The translations under genes were made by a program, and so were the position numbers. Below the pieces are notes generated by a model. That model worked only from the letters and a program-made list of their open reading frames with translations. It made no database searches and was not told the DNA's origin. From an uncultured Thermoplasmata archaeon (GTDB lineage: Archaea > Thermoplasmatota > Thermoplasmata > RBG-16-68-12): DNA of 64,000 nt. Shown piece by piece: positions 9,926 through 19,788 of the stretch. Each line of letters begins with the position of its first letter. Positions within the stretch are counted from its first letter, which is position 1. The stretch is from assembly GCA_963768855.1 (NCBI GenBank), contig CAVYJM010000006.1:672001-736000 (forward strand), written 5' to 3'.

Positions 9926-11113
9926 GTGCGCGTCTGCATCGTGCTGCACACGGATCTCTTTACCCCGTGGCCCGTCGTGCGCCCGATGCGGGAAGCGCTC
10001 CTTCTGCGCGAACTGGGCCGCGAGGTGACCGTGCTCTGTTGGATCAAGGACCCCGCTTCCCCGCTCCCGGATCGAGAGGTCCGAGACGGTCTCAACGTCC
10101 AGAGGGTGAAGCTTGCCCCCCCACGAGGTGCGCTCGCGCGAGCGCTGGGGTATCCAGCGATCTCCCGCCGCTTCGCGAAGCAGATCGTCGCGTTGCGTCC
10201 GGATGCGATCGTGTGCCATGACCTCGAGCTGTTGTGGGCCGCGGTGCGCGCAGGTCGCAGGTTGCACGTGCCCGTCCTCTACCATTCCCACGAGGACTGG
10301 CCCGGGATGGTCTCCGAGCGGAGCCGAATCGAGGGCTGGGCGTTCGCCCACCTCGAGCGCTACCTTGTGCGCCGCGTCGAGCACGTGTACACGGTCGGAG
10401 ACCATCTCGCCGCCGCCTATCGTGCGCTCGGCCCCCCCGTTACGATCCAGTACGGCTCGAAGGCTGTGGCGGACCTGCCCCACCTCAGCGAGGCGGAGAG
10501 AACGCGGATCCGAGATGCGTTCGGCTTTCCGTCGGACGCGTTCCTCGTCGGTATCGTGGGGTCCCTCGGAGGCGGGATCGCATTCGACTCGATTCTCGAA
10601 GCGCTCGCCTCCCTCCCGCCCCACGTCAGGCTGCTGGTCGTGGGCGGGAGTCCGGAGCGGATCCGGGACCTTCGCCTCCTTTGCGAACAGCGTGGGCTCG
10701 CTCCTCGTGCCGCGTTCACAGGGCCCCTTCCCACTCCTGATTACCTGCGACATGTCGCCGTCCTCGATGTCGGGCTCGCCCTGTTCCTTCCGACGAATGC
10801 GAACGTCCGGCGGGTGGTGCCACTCAAGCTCTTCGACTACATGGGACTCGGGATTCCGGTGGTGGTGAGCGATTTCCCGTCCCTTCGCCAGATTGTGGTG
10901 GAGGACTGCGGGTTCGGATCCGCCGTCGACCCCGAGAGGCCGGAGGCGATTGCCGCCGCGATCCGGGCTTTTGAAGCGGATCCAGAACGTCGACGCGCGC
11001 TCGGCGAGGCGGCTCGCGCATGCTTCGTCGCCCGATACTCCTGGGATCGGATGCGGGAGCGGCTCATGGCTTCTCATCGGGTCTTCGCGCCTGCACCCGG
11101 GACGGGATCATGA
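9926..11113 (+). CDS. GT4 glycosyltransferase
   Basis: PLKLFDYMGLGIPVVVSDF, C-terminal YSWDRM. Confidence 0.85.
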   Translation: MRVCIVLHTDLFTPWPVVRPMREALLLRELGREVTVLCWIKDPASPLPDREVRDGLNVQRVKLAPPRGALARALGYPAISRRFAKQIVALRPDAIVCHDLELLWAAVRAGRRLHVPVLYHSHEDWPGMVSERSRIEGWAFAHLERYLVRRVEHVYTVGDHLAAAYRALGPPVTIQYGSKAVADLPHLSEAERTRIRDAFGFPSDAFLVGIVGSLGGGIAFDSILEALASLPPHVRLLVVGGSPERIRDLRLLCEQRGLAPRAAFTGPLPTPDYLRHVAVLDVGLALFLPTNANVRRVVPLKLFDYMGLGIPVVVSDFPSLRQIVVEDCGFGSAVDPERPEAIAAAIRAFEADPERRRALGEAARACFVARYSWDRMRERLMASHRVFAPAPGTGS

Positions 11114-11844
11114 AGCCTCCACAAGGATGGGCGGATTTCCTCCCGCCTGCGCGCTACGCGTACCGGTACCGCAGCCGCGTCCTCGGATTCCTCCTAGACG
11201 GGCACGTCTATCTGCGCGAGATGCTCCGGCAGGCTTGGCCTGGAGCGATTCGCCGCGAACTCGCGGTCAACGAACGGATCATCGAGGTCCCGTTTGCATT
11301 GAAGGCCCTCGACCTCCAGGCCGGGAGTCGGATCCTGGACGTCGGCTCCCGGTGGTCCCTCCTTCCGCTCTACCTCTCCACGCTGGGCCATCGCGTCGTC
11401 GCATCGGATCTCGTCCCCGCAGAAGTTGTCGGCGCGGGGCCGGATGCCGTCGTGGCAGACTTGCGACGAGCGCCCTTCCGAGACGGTTCCTTCGACGCCG
11501 CGACGATGATTAGCACCCTCGAGCACGTCGGGATTGGGTTCTACGACGGACGCGTCTCGGGGGATGACGACCTGGCGGTGATGCGAGAGCTCCGGCGCAT
11601 CCTTCGGGCGGGGGCGCCTCTCGTCCTCACGGTGCCCTTCGGAAAGGGCGGGGTGGGCACTCTCCAGCGTGCCTATGACCCTGATCGTCTCCGGAGCGTC
11701 TCGGAGGGATGGGTCCGGGGAGAGGCCCGTTTCTTCCTCCGGGCGGGCTCCCGCTGGAGCGAGGTCTCGGAAGAGAGCGCCTCCCACGCTGACTCCGTCG
11801 ACGACACCCATGCGGTCGCTCTCCTTGTGCTCCGGCACCCCTGA
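11110..11844 (+). CDS. class I SAM-dependent methyltransferase (DUF268-like)
   Basis: RILDVGS motif I, ISTLEHVGIGFYD, RRILRAGAPLVLTVPFG. Confidence 0.75.
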   Translation: MKPPQGWADFLPPARYAYRYRSRVLGFLLDGHVYLREMLRQAWPGAIRRELAVNERIIEVPFALKALDLQAGSRILDVGSRWSLLPLYLSTLGHRVVASDLVPAEVVGAGPDAVVADLRRAPFRDGSFDAATMISTLEHVGIGFYDGRVSGDDDLAVMRELRRILRAGAPLVLTVPFGKGGVGTLQRAYDPDRLRSVSEGWVRGEARFFLRAGSRWSEVSEESASHADSVDDTHAVALLVLRHP

Positions 11845-11975
11845 CGCCGTTCATTGAAGGGCGACGGGAGAATCCGCTCACGAGAACCCGGAGATACGGG
11901 TCGCGGAATGCAGCGGGGCTGCGGTAGATCCGGTCATCCGTCCCCATGACCGATCCGGTGCGCCTGCGAATGAGG

Positions 11976-12991
11976 TCATCGTGTCTGCGCCTCGGCACGA
12001 CTCGGGGTGGTCCCCGCATGCCCCGGGCGGAGAGCCGCTTCGTACGGTCACGAGCGTCTGCTCGGCCATCCGACGGAAGCTGAAACTGCGTGCATGGGCG
12101 GCCCGATCCTCCGCGGTCCCCTTCGGACCTTGCCGGAGGCATGTCAGGATCGCCTGAGGCAGGTCCCCCGGCGCGGTGTAGTAGCAACCGAAAGGTCCCA
12201 AGACCTCGCGCACCGCAGGCGCGCGCGCGAGGACGTGGGCCCCGCAGGCAAGGGCCTCCAACGGGACGAATCCAAATCCCTCCTCGGGACACGGATGGAT
12301 GATCAGGGAGGTGCGGTTGTAGATCGACGGGAGGCTGGCCTCGCCGGACCACACGAACTTCACGCGTCCAGCGAGTTTCGGGATCGACGCCGCATGGTCT
12401 TCGAGCGGCTTGTTCAAGGCGATCCTCTTCCCGACGAAGTGGAGCTCATGAGGAATGCGGTCCGCGATCTCCTCGAAGGCCTTCAGGGTCGACCACGGGT
12501 CCTTGATGGACCGGTGGATTCCGACTTGGACCAGGAACGGGGGATCCGACCGTTCCTCCCTGGAGAATCTGGAAGCGCTCTTCAAGCCCGAGGGGCACGA
12601 GGTCCAGCGGAGCCTTCGGCCGGAACGTCGATTGCACAACCTCCCTCGTGCGGCGGCTGTCCACGAGAACCCGGCGCGACCGGTGCACGATCCACCGCAG
12701 CTTCTGGATGTGGAGGAAACGCACCCACCAATCGAAGTACTCGGGATACGTGACCGTGGCCAGATCGTGGATCGTGACCACGAGCGGCCTGCGGGGCCGG
12801 AGAGGCGCGTTCCAGGGAGGGCTGGGGTCGTGAAGCAGGTCCACGTCCGCGGGGTTCTCGCCCTTGTGGAGCGGGACCACGTCGACCCCGAGCGCCCGCA
12901 GTTCTCGGGTGAGGTAGTGGATGTACTTGGAGGTGCCCGTGCCGATCTCGTCGCCACCGTAGAGATGGTCGGAATACAGCCCAACCCGCAC
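11976..12991 (-). pseudogene. GT4 glycosyltransferase split by frameshift(s), either a pseudogene or a sequencing indel
   Basis: N-half (VTIHDL...VDSRRT) in ORF 12446..12991. C-half (EEGFGFVPLEALACG) in the frame of 11878..12999. Switch near 12560, and a possible second switch near 12045 that would restore a YEAAL ending. Confidence 0.75.
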
Positions 12992-13330
12992 GCGGTCACC
13001 TGCGGGGCGTCGTCCCGGCCGCCGCCCTCCAGGCGCCCCGGAGGGGGCCCATAGGGGTTGGTCTATTTAGAGATGGAGCGGGCCGCTCCCGCTCGCCGTC
13101 TCAGCGACGGGCGAGCTGCCGCGACAACGTGGTCGCCGACGGTCGCGACACGTTTATAGTCGTCCCGGTGTTCCCATCGGTTGTCCGACTCACGTCGGAC
13201 AACCGAGCGAAGGTGGATTCATTCCGCCGGGAGCGGACGGACCGTGCACGCCCTGTCGCGGACAGGGACGAGAGACCCTGGCTGAGCGAAGGCTCCGCTC
13301 CCCGCAGCCATCCCTCTGGAGCGGACTCCC

Positions 13331-14317
13331 TTGAAGAGGGTCCGCGTCGCTTTCGTTGCGAGCGTCGACCCGCCCTTCGTCCAGCGGGACCGTGAGATCC
13401 TCTCGCAGACGTTCGCCCTGGGAGACGTGCGTTGGCGAGGCAAGCGGAGCATTCCGACTCTCGCGGCAGCCGTTCTCCGTGCCGACGTGACCTTCAGTTG
13501 GTTTGCCCTCGATCATGCGTACGGCGCCTGTCGCCTTGCGCGCTTGTTCCACAAGAAGAGTATCGTGTTCGTGGGCGGGGTTGATGCGGCGAAACGGGCC
13601 GACCTCGAGTATGGCGTCTATCTGGATCCGGCGAAGGCGGCGCTGAGCCGGTATGCCGTCACCCACTCGGACCGCGTGCTCGTTGTGGACGACCGATTGC
13701 GGGAGGACCTGCGCGTGAACGCGGGCCTGGATCGTCCTGACATCGAAACGGTGCCGCTGGGATTCGACACGGCCTGGTTCAGCCCGGGAGACGGCCCCCG
13801 GTCGACGGTCCTCACGGTCGGGATTATCACGGACGTCAATCTGCGCCGGAAGGGCCTCCTCACCTTCGTTGAGGCGGCCCGCTTGCTGCCCGGCCTATCC
13901 TTCGTCATCGTAGGGGCGCGGGACAACTCCGCGACCACACGGCTCCGCGCGGTCGCACCTTCGAACGTACGGATCCTAGGTCAGATCCCAGACGAGGAGC
14001 TGCGGGAGGAATACCGTCACGCTCGGGTCTACGCTCAGCTTTCGGAGTACGAAGCCTTCGGCAGCTCGCTGGCGGAGGCCATGGCATGCGGCTGCGCGCC
14101 CGTTGGCACGCGCGTAGGTGGAATCCCGACGTTGATCGGCACCACGGGCCCCTACGTCTCCCCCGGTGATGCAAAAGCGGCGGCCCGGGCCATCGAGGCG
14201 GCGTTCGAGTCGGGAGACGGAAGCTCCGCACGGCAACGAATCGTGGACAGCTTTCCGTTGGCCCGACGACGGGACTCCTTGCGACGGATCGTCCAAGAGC
14301 TCGCCGACGCACGGTGA
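13331..14317 (+). CDS. GT4 glycosyltransferase
   Basis: SEYEAFGSSLAEAMACGCAPV. TTG start. Confidence 0.85.
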   Translation: MKRVRVAFVASVDPPFVQRDREILSQTFALGDVRWRGKRSIPTLAAAVLRADVTFSWFALDHAYGACRLARLFHKKSIVFVGGVDAAKRADLEYGVYLDPAKAALSRYAVTHSDRVLVVDDRLREDLRVNAGLDRPDIETVPLGFDTAWFSPGDGPRSTVLTVGIITDVNLRRKGLLTFVEAARLLPGLSFVIVGARDNSATTRLRAVAPSNVRILGQIPDEELREEYRHARVYAQLSEYEAFGSSLAEAMACGCAPVGTRVGGIPTLIGTTGPYVSPGDAKAAARAIEAAFESGDGSSARQRIVDSFPLARRRDSLRRIVQELADAR

Positions 14318-14549
14318 ACGACCCGAGCGATCGCAAGTCCCGGGACGCCCCACATTTGCAGGTCATGTCGCGGCGTGTTCCGGAGGAACGGGACGCGGCC
14401 CGTCTTTGTCAACGCGGTCCTTCGCCCCGCTATACTTTTATAGCCATCGAGGCTTTCCGCCCCTTTGTCCGACTTGCGTCGGACGTCAGAAGGATAAGGA
14501 TGGGATGGGTCGTCGTGGTGCCCTTCAGCGCTAACCTTCCCCCGCGCAG

Positions 14550-17500
14550 GTGAGGACCTTGTTTCTGAAAGAAGTCCAGATGGAGAATTTCAAGTCCTTC
14601 GGCCGCAAGATCGCCGTCCCGGTCCTCCAGGGCTACACCACCATCACGGGACCCAATGGGTCCGGGAAGAGCAACATCTCGGACGCCATCCTGTTCGTCC
14701 TCGGCCCGAAGAGCTCGAAGGCGATCCGCGCCGGCAAGCTGACGGACCTGATCTGGAACGGCGGCAAGACGAAGAACCCCGCCGGGTACACCCAGGTCAG
14801 CCTGATCTTTGACAACACGGACCGCGGCATCCCGCTCGAGGAGGATCTGGTCAAGCTCACCCGCTACGTCGGTCTGAGCCCGAGCGTGGACGGCGGCTAC
14901 AACTCCTACTTCTACATCAACGACCGCAAGTCGTCCCTCGCGGAGTTCGACCAGCTCCTCGCCCACGCGCGGATCTCTGCGGAAGGGTACAACATGGTCC
15001 AGCAGGGGGACATCCAGAAGATCGTCTCGATGACCTCCGTGGACCGCCGACGCATCTTGGACAACATCGCCGGCATCACGAAGTTCGATGACGACATCGG
15101 CCAGGCCGAGACGAAGCGCCGGGAGACGGAGGAGAACCTTGAGCGCATCCGGATCATCCTCGAGGAGATCGACAAGCAGCTGCAGCAGCTCGCGGCGGAC
15201 CGCGAGGGCGCGCTGAAGTACAAGGAGCTCAACGAGCGCCTCACGGAAGCCAAGGCCCAGCTCGCGTACAAGAACCGCGAGCTCATCGAGCGCCAGATCC
15301 TCGGCACGAAGGAGCAGATTGCGAAGCATGAGGGCGACCGGGAGAAGCTCCTCGCGGCGAAGGAGGAGCTCCGCAAGAAGCTCGGGGAGGCGCAGGCGCG
15401 CCTGGACGAGCTCGAGCAGAAGATGGCGGAGCGCGGCGGCGACGAGGCGAAGCAGCTCAAGGAGAAGCTCGACGGCCTTCGCGTGGACCGCGCGCGGGCC
15501 TCGGACGGCATCGAGACTTCCAAGGAGACCCTCAAGCAGCTCAAGTTCGATTCTGCGGACTCCGCGAAGGAGCGAGCAAAGGTCCTCAAGGAAATCGACG
15601 CGCTCGAACGCGAGCGAGGGAACGTGGAGAAGCGGCTCGGCGAACTCGAGGGATCCGTGAAGGCCGTCGATGCGGACCTCCACGAGGTCGACGAGAAGGC
15701 GTCCAAGACGGACGCGAAGGTCCTGACGATCCAGAAGGAGATCCTCGCCCTGAACAAGCAGGTCGACGAGATCGAGGAGAAGATCAAGGGCATCGTCCTC
15801 GAGGGCGACCGGACCAAGGAGTCCATGGAGCGGCTCTCCTCAGAGATCGCCCAGCTCGAGGAGACCCGGAAGCAGTACCAGGTCGAGTTCGACGACGCGG
15901 ACTGGCAGATCAAGGAGCTCAAGTCTCATTCCAAGGAGTCGGGCAAAGGACTCCTGAAGCTCCAGCAGGACTTCCACGAGAAGCGCAACGAGGAGGCCCG
16001 CCTGTCCCGCGAGCAGACGGAGCTGCAGCAGGCGATCCTGACCCTCACGCGGCAGTACGCGCAGCTCAAGGCCGAGGCGGATGTGGCCGAGAACATGCGG
16101 CGCGGGTACACCGCGGCCGTGTCCGCGATCCTCGAGGCCCGCGACACCGGCACCCTGAAGGGCGTGCACGGGACGGTCGCCCAGCTCGCCCACGTCGACC
16201 CGAAGTATGAGACCGCGATCGTGACCGCCGCAGGCGCGCGCATGCAGGCGATCATCGTCGATAGCGACAGCGTCGCGGCCGCGTGCATCGACTACCTGAA
16301 GAAGAACAAGATCGGCCGCGCGACGTTCCTCCCGCTCAACAAGATGCTCGTCGGCAAGCCCCGCGGCAAAGCGATCCTCGTGGCGAAGGAGTGCCTCGGG
16401 TTCGCGATCGATCTCTGCCAGTTCGAAGAGAAGTACCGCGACGCGTTCTTCTACGTCTTCGGCGACACCCTCGTCGTCCAGACGCTCGACGAGGCCCGCA
16501 AGTGGATGGGCGGGGTCCGCCTGGTCACGCTCGGCGGCGAGCTGATCGAGGCCAGTGGGGCGATGGTCGGCGGCGAGGCGGAGAAGTCCTCCCTGAAGTT
16601 CGGCCCGCGTTCCGCGGACGAGCTCGAGAAGGTCTCCGAGAAGCTCCGCGACGCCCAGTCCCAGGCGGAGCAGGTCGGCTCTCGCCTCGAGGAACTGCGG
16701 CGCGATATCCTCGACCTCGAGGGCCAGCTCAAGGACTACGGCGGCAAATCGGGCGTCGCCGAGGTCAAGCAGAGCGCGATCGAGGCGAAGCGGAAGGAAT
16801 ACGGCACGAAGCTCGCGGCGAACGAGAAGGACCTGACCGACCGGAAGGCGCGGTTCGCCGAGTCCGAGAAGACCGCGAAGCGGATCGCGGAGGACCTCCA
16901 GAAGTTCACGCACGGTCTGGATTCGCTCAAGGGAAAGCGGGATGAGCGCAAGAAGGCGGTCATCGACGCGACCCCGCAGCAGATCTCCTCCCGGATGAAG
17001 GAGCTCATGGCGAAGCGGACCTCCCTCTCGGAGGAGCTCAGCCAGAACCGGTCCAAGCTCGACGCGATGGCGACGCAGCTCCAGGTCCTCGGAGACCGCA
17101 AGACCGAGATCGAGACCCGCGCCTCGAACCTCGAGGCTCAGCGGAAGGACCACGAGGGCCGGATCAAGACCTTCGAGGAATCGCTCGGCCGGCTCGAGAA
17201 CGAGGTCCGCGCGCTGGAGAAGATGGAGGCCCAGCTCGGGAAGAAGATGAAGGACCTCCAGGACGCGCGGGATGCCGCCTACCGGGAGAAGACGGACCTC
17301 GAGGGTGAGCTCGACAGGGTCACGCACAAGGTCGAGACGAAGGACGATTTCATCCTCAAGATGCAGATGGAGCTCAAGGTCGAGGAAGACCAGCTCTCCG
17401 AGGCGGACCGCGTGATGAAGGAGATGGCGGTCGAGATCAAGGAGGAGAAGCTGCCGTCCCTCGAGACCCTGAAGCAGACGATCTCAGAGTGCGAGACGGG

Positions 17501-18146
17501 GATCGGCGCCCTGGGGAACATCAACCTCCGCGCCCTCGAGGACTACGACGCCCAGCAGGCGCGGCACAAGGAGCTGGACGAGGACCACAAGCGCCTCGAG
17601 AGCCAGCGCCAGGAGCTGATGAACCTCGTGGCCGAGCTGACGGAGAAGAAGAAGGAGGGCCTGGGCAAGGTCTTCGTCGCGATCAACGAGAACTTCAAGA
17701 AGGTCTACAGCGAGATCAGTGAGGGCGGCGAGGCGGAGCTCCTGCTCGAGAACGAGGCGGAGCCCTTCCTCGGCGGCCTCGTCGTCAAGGCGCGTCCGCC
17801 GAACAAGAAGGTGCTGCGGCTCGAGGCGCTCTCGGGCGGCGAGAAGTCCCTCGTCTCCCTCGCGTTCATCTTCGCGATCCAGGAGTTCGACCCGTCGCCC
17901 TTCTACCTGTTCGACGAGGTGGACCAGAACCTGGACGCAGTCAACGCGGAGAAGGTCGCCCGGATGATTCGCAACAACAGCTCCACGGCGCAGTTCCTGC
18001 AGATCTCCCTGCGCAAGGTCACCCTGAAGGAGGCGGACCACATCATCGGCGTGACGATGGCGCCCGGATCCACCTCGGAGATCATCATGCGGGTGAACCT
18101 GGCGGAGATCGAGGACGAGAAGCCCGCCGCGGAGGTGCCCGCATGA
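14550..18146 (+). CDS. smc: chromosome segregation protein SMC
   Basis: GPNGSGKSN Walker A, coiled coils, hinge (GRATFLPL), LSGGEKS signature, FDEVD Walker B. Confidence 0.98.
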   Translation: MRTLFLKEVQMENFKSFGRKIAVPVLQGYTTITGPNGSGKSNISDAILFVLGPKSSKAIRAGKLTDLIWNGGKTKNPAGYTQVSLIFDNTDRGIPLEEDLVKLTRYVGLSPSVDGGYNSYFYINDRKSSLAEFDQLLAHARISAEGYNMVQQGDIQKIVSMTSVDRRRILDNIAGITKFDDDIGQAETKRRETEENLERIRIILEEIDKQLQQLAADREGALKYKELNERLTEAKAQLAYKNRELIERQILGTKEQIAKHEGDREKLLAAKEELRKKLGEAQARLDELEQKMAERGGDEAKQLKEKLDGLRVDRARASDGIETSKETLKQLKFDSADSAKERAKVLKEIDALERERGNVEKRLGELEGSVKAVDADLHEVDEKASKTDAKVLTIQKEILALNKQVDEIEEKIKGIVLEGDRTKESMERLSSEIAQLEETRKQYQVEFDDADWQIKELKSHSKESGKGLLKLQQDFHEKRNEEARLSREQTELQQAILTLTRQYAQLKAEADVAENMRRGYTAAVSAILEARDTGTLKGVHGTVAQLAHVDPKYETAIVTAAGARMQAIIVDSDSVAAACIDYLKKNKIGRATFLPLNKMLVGKPRGKAILVAKECLGFAIDLCQFEEKYRDAFFYVFGDTLVVQTLDEARKWMGGVRLVTLGGELIEASGAMVGGEAEKSSLKFGPRSADELEKVSEKLRDAQSQAEQVGSRLEELRRDILDLEGQLKDYGGKSGVAEVKQSAIEAKRKEYGTKLAANEKDLTDRKARFAESEKTAKRIAEDLQKFTHGLDSLKGKRDERKKAVIDATPQQISSRMKELMAKRTSLSEELSQNRSKLDAMATQLQVLGDRKTEIETRASNLEAQRKDHEGRIKTFEESLGRLENEVRALEKMEAQLGKKMKDLQDARDAAYREKTDLEGELDRVTHKVETKDDFILKMQMELKVEEDQLSEADRVMKEMAVEIKEEKLPSLETLKQTISECETGIGALGNINLRALEDYDAQQARHKELDEDHKRLESQRQELMNLVAELTEKKKEGLGKVFVAINENFKKVYSEISEGGEAELLLENEAEPFLGGLVVKARPPNKKVLRLEALSGGEKSLVSLAFIFAIQEFDPSPFYLFDEVDQNLDAVNAEKVARMIRNNSSTAQFLQISLRKVTLKEADHIIGVTMAPGSTSEIIMRVNLAEIEDEKPAAEVPA

Positions 18147-19078
18147 GCGAGACATCCCAGGCGATCCTCAACCACCTCCTCTTCCACAAGTCCCTGATCA
18201 GCGAGCAGGAGGGCGGCGAGCGGATCAACCGCTACATGTCCATGCTCGGCGAGATCGACCAGGGGCTGCACGTGGCCGTCCGCGACCCGTTCGAGAAGTC
18301 CGTCGTCGCGGCCTTCGAACTCGTCCTCGAGAAGCAGATGGACCCCTGGGAGATCGACCTGATGCAGTTCACGAAGCTGTTCCTGGACAAGGTCCGGAAG
18401 GACGGAGTCGTGAATTTCGTGACCGCGGGCAAGCTCGTCTTCCTCGCCTGGTCCATCCTGAAGCTGCAGAGCGACAAGGTCCTCCTCGCGGCCCAGCCGC
18501 CCGAGGCCGAGTCGCCCGCGGACGGTTGGGACCTCGACCTGTACCGCGACCCGGAGGATGTGGACTACAACCATCTCATCCTGGACGGCGCGAAGATGCC
18601 CCTGAACGAGGCGATCCGCCGCGAGGGCCGCCGGGCCGTGACCCTCATGGAGCTCATGGACGCCTTCGACGAGGCCCGCCGCGAGGCGGAGATCCAGATG
18701 CAACTCAACGCCCTCCGGGAGCAGGCGATCAAGCGCTTCGCCCCGAACTTCCACCAGAAGGTCCACGGCGAGGACCTCACGGAGGACATCGGCCTGACCT
18801 GGGGCCGCCTGACCCAGTTCAACGGCGACCCGGTCCCGCTCCGGTCGCTGATCGCGGGCAGCGTCTGGGACGAGGTCACCGTGTTCATGGCCCTCCTCTT
18901 CCTCGCCCAGCTCCAGAAGGTGAAGCTCTGGCAGAAGGAGTTCCCGCACGGGGAGATCTTCGTGAAGCGCCTGTCGACCGAAGAGACGATCGCCGCGGAC
19001 GAGCTCCTGGCGATCCCCGCCCTGGCCCACCCGAAGTCGGAGGCCGCCCGGGTGCCTTCGCCGGGGGTGGGCGCGTGA
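18143..19078 (+). CDS. scpA: segregation and condensation protein A (kleisin)
   Basis: Follows smc; DPWEIDL, C-terminal winged helix FMALLFLA...LWQKEFPHGEI. Confidence 0.88.
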   Translation: MSETSQAILNHLLFHKSLISEQEGGERINRYMSMLGEIDQGLHVAVRDPFEKSVVAAFELVLEKQMDPWEIDLMQFTKLFLDKVRKDGVVNFVTAGKLVFLAWSILKLQSDKVLLAAQPPEAESPADGWDLDLYRDPEDVDYNHLILDGAKMPLNEAIRREGRRAVTLMELMDAFDEARREAEIQMQLNALREQAIKRFAPNFHQKVHGEDLTEDIGLTWGRLTQFNGDPVPLRSLIAGSVWDEVTVFMALLFLAQLQKVKLWQKEFPHGEIFVKRLSTEETIAADELLAIPALAHPKSEAARVPSPGVGA

Positions 19079-19701
19079 GCGACCGCGGGATGGTCGAGGC
19101 GGCCCTGTACTCCGCGGGGCGCGCCCTGACCGTCGACGATCTCATGCGGGTCACCGGGTTCGACGAGGCGACCGTGAAGGAGCATCTCCGTGCCCTCGCC
19201 CGCGAGTACAAGAAGCGGGAGAGCGCCCTCGAGGTTGCCCAGATTGGCACGCGCTGGACGATGCAGATCCGCCAGGAGTACACGGAGCGCGCCCGGACCT
19301 TCGCGCCCCCGGAGATCGACCGCGACCTGCTCAAGACGGCCGCCCTGATCGCCTACCACCAGCCGATCCTGCAGAGCGATCTGTTCGACATGATCGGCGA
19401 GAAGGTGTACGAGCACACGAAGGCGCTCGAGGACCTCAAGCTCATCACCCGCAAACCGAGCGGCCGGTCCCTCGAGCTCACGACCACTCGCTACTTCGCC
19501 GAGTTCTTCGGGCTCAAGACGACGAACCGGGAAGGGATCCGGAAGATCATGGCGGAGCGCGCGGGGATCGTGTACCGCGAGAAGCCCGCCGAACCGGAGG
19601 TCCCGGAGCCGGCCCCGGAGAACCCGGCCGGCCCGGCCCAGGGACCCGAGGCCACCTCGCCGCCGCCCCTCGCCGAATCACCTCCGATAACCACGGGCTA
19701 A
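19075..19701 (+). CDS. scpB: segregation and condensation protein B
   Basis: VEAALYSAG, TAALIAYHQPI, TTRYFAEFFG. GTG start at 19075. Confidence 0.93.
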   Translation: MSDRGMVEAALYSAGRALTVDDLMRVTGFDEATVKEHLRALAREYKKRESALEVAQIGTRWTMQIRQEYTERARTFAPPEIDRDLLKTAALIAYHQPILQSDLFDMIGEKVYEHTKALEDLKLITRKPSGRSLELTTTRYFAEFFGLKTTNREGIRKIMAERAGIVYREKPAEPEVPEPAPENPAGPAQGPEATSPPPLAESPPITTG

Positions 19702-19705
19702 TTCC

Positions 19706-19712
19706 TTTATAA
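19706..19712 (+). promoter_or_regulatory. putative TATA box for the 1495-aa repeat protein gene
   Basis: TTTATAA in GC-rich context about 77 nt before the GTG at 19789. Confidence 0.4.
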
Positions 19713-19788
19713 GCCGCGGGGCCCTCGCGTCCCTCGGCAGCTCCCGGAGCGCGAGCCGGGGCGCTGACAGGGCAGAGCGGAGCGGACC

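Noticed and set aside
14550-19701. SMC locus as a Wadjet/MksBEF defence system
   Set aside because: Canonical full-length SMC with hinge plus ScpA/ScpB and no JetD/Toprim partner, i.e. housekeeping condensin.
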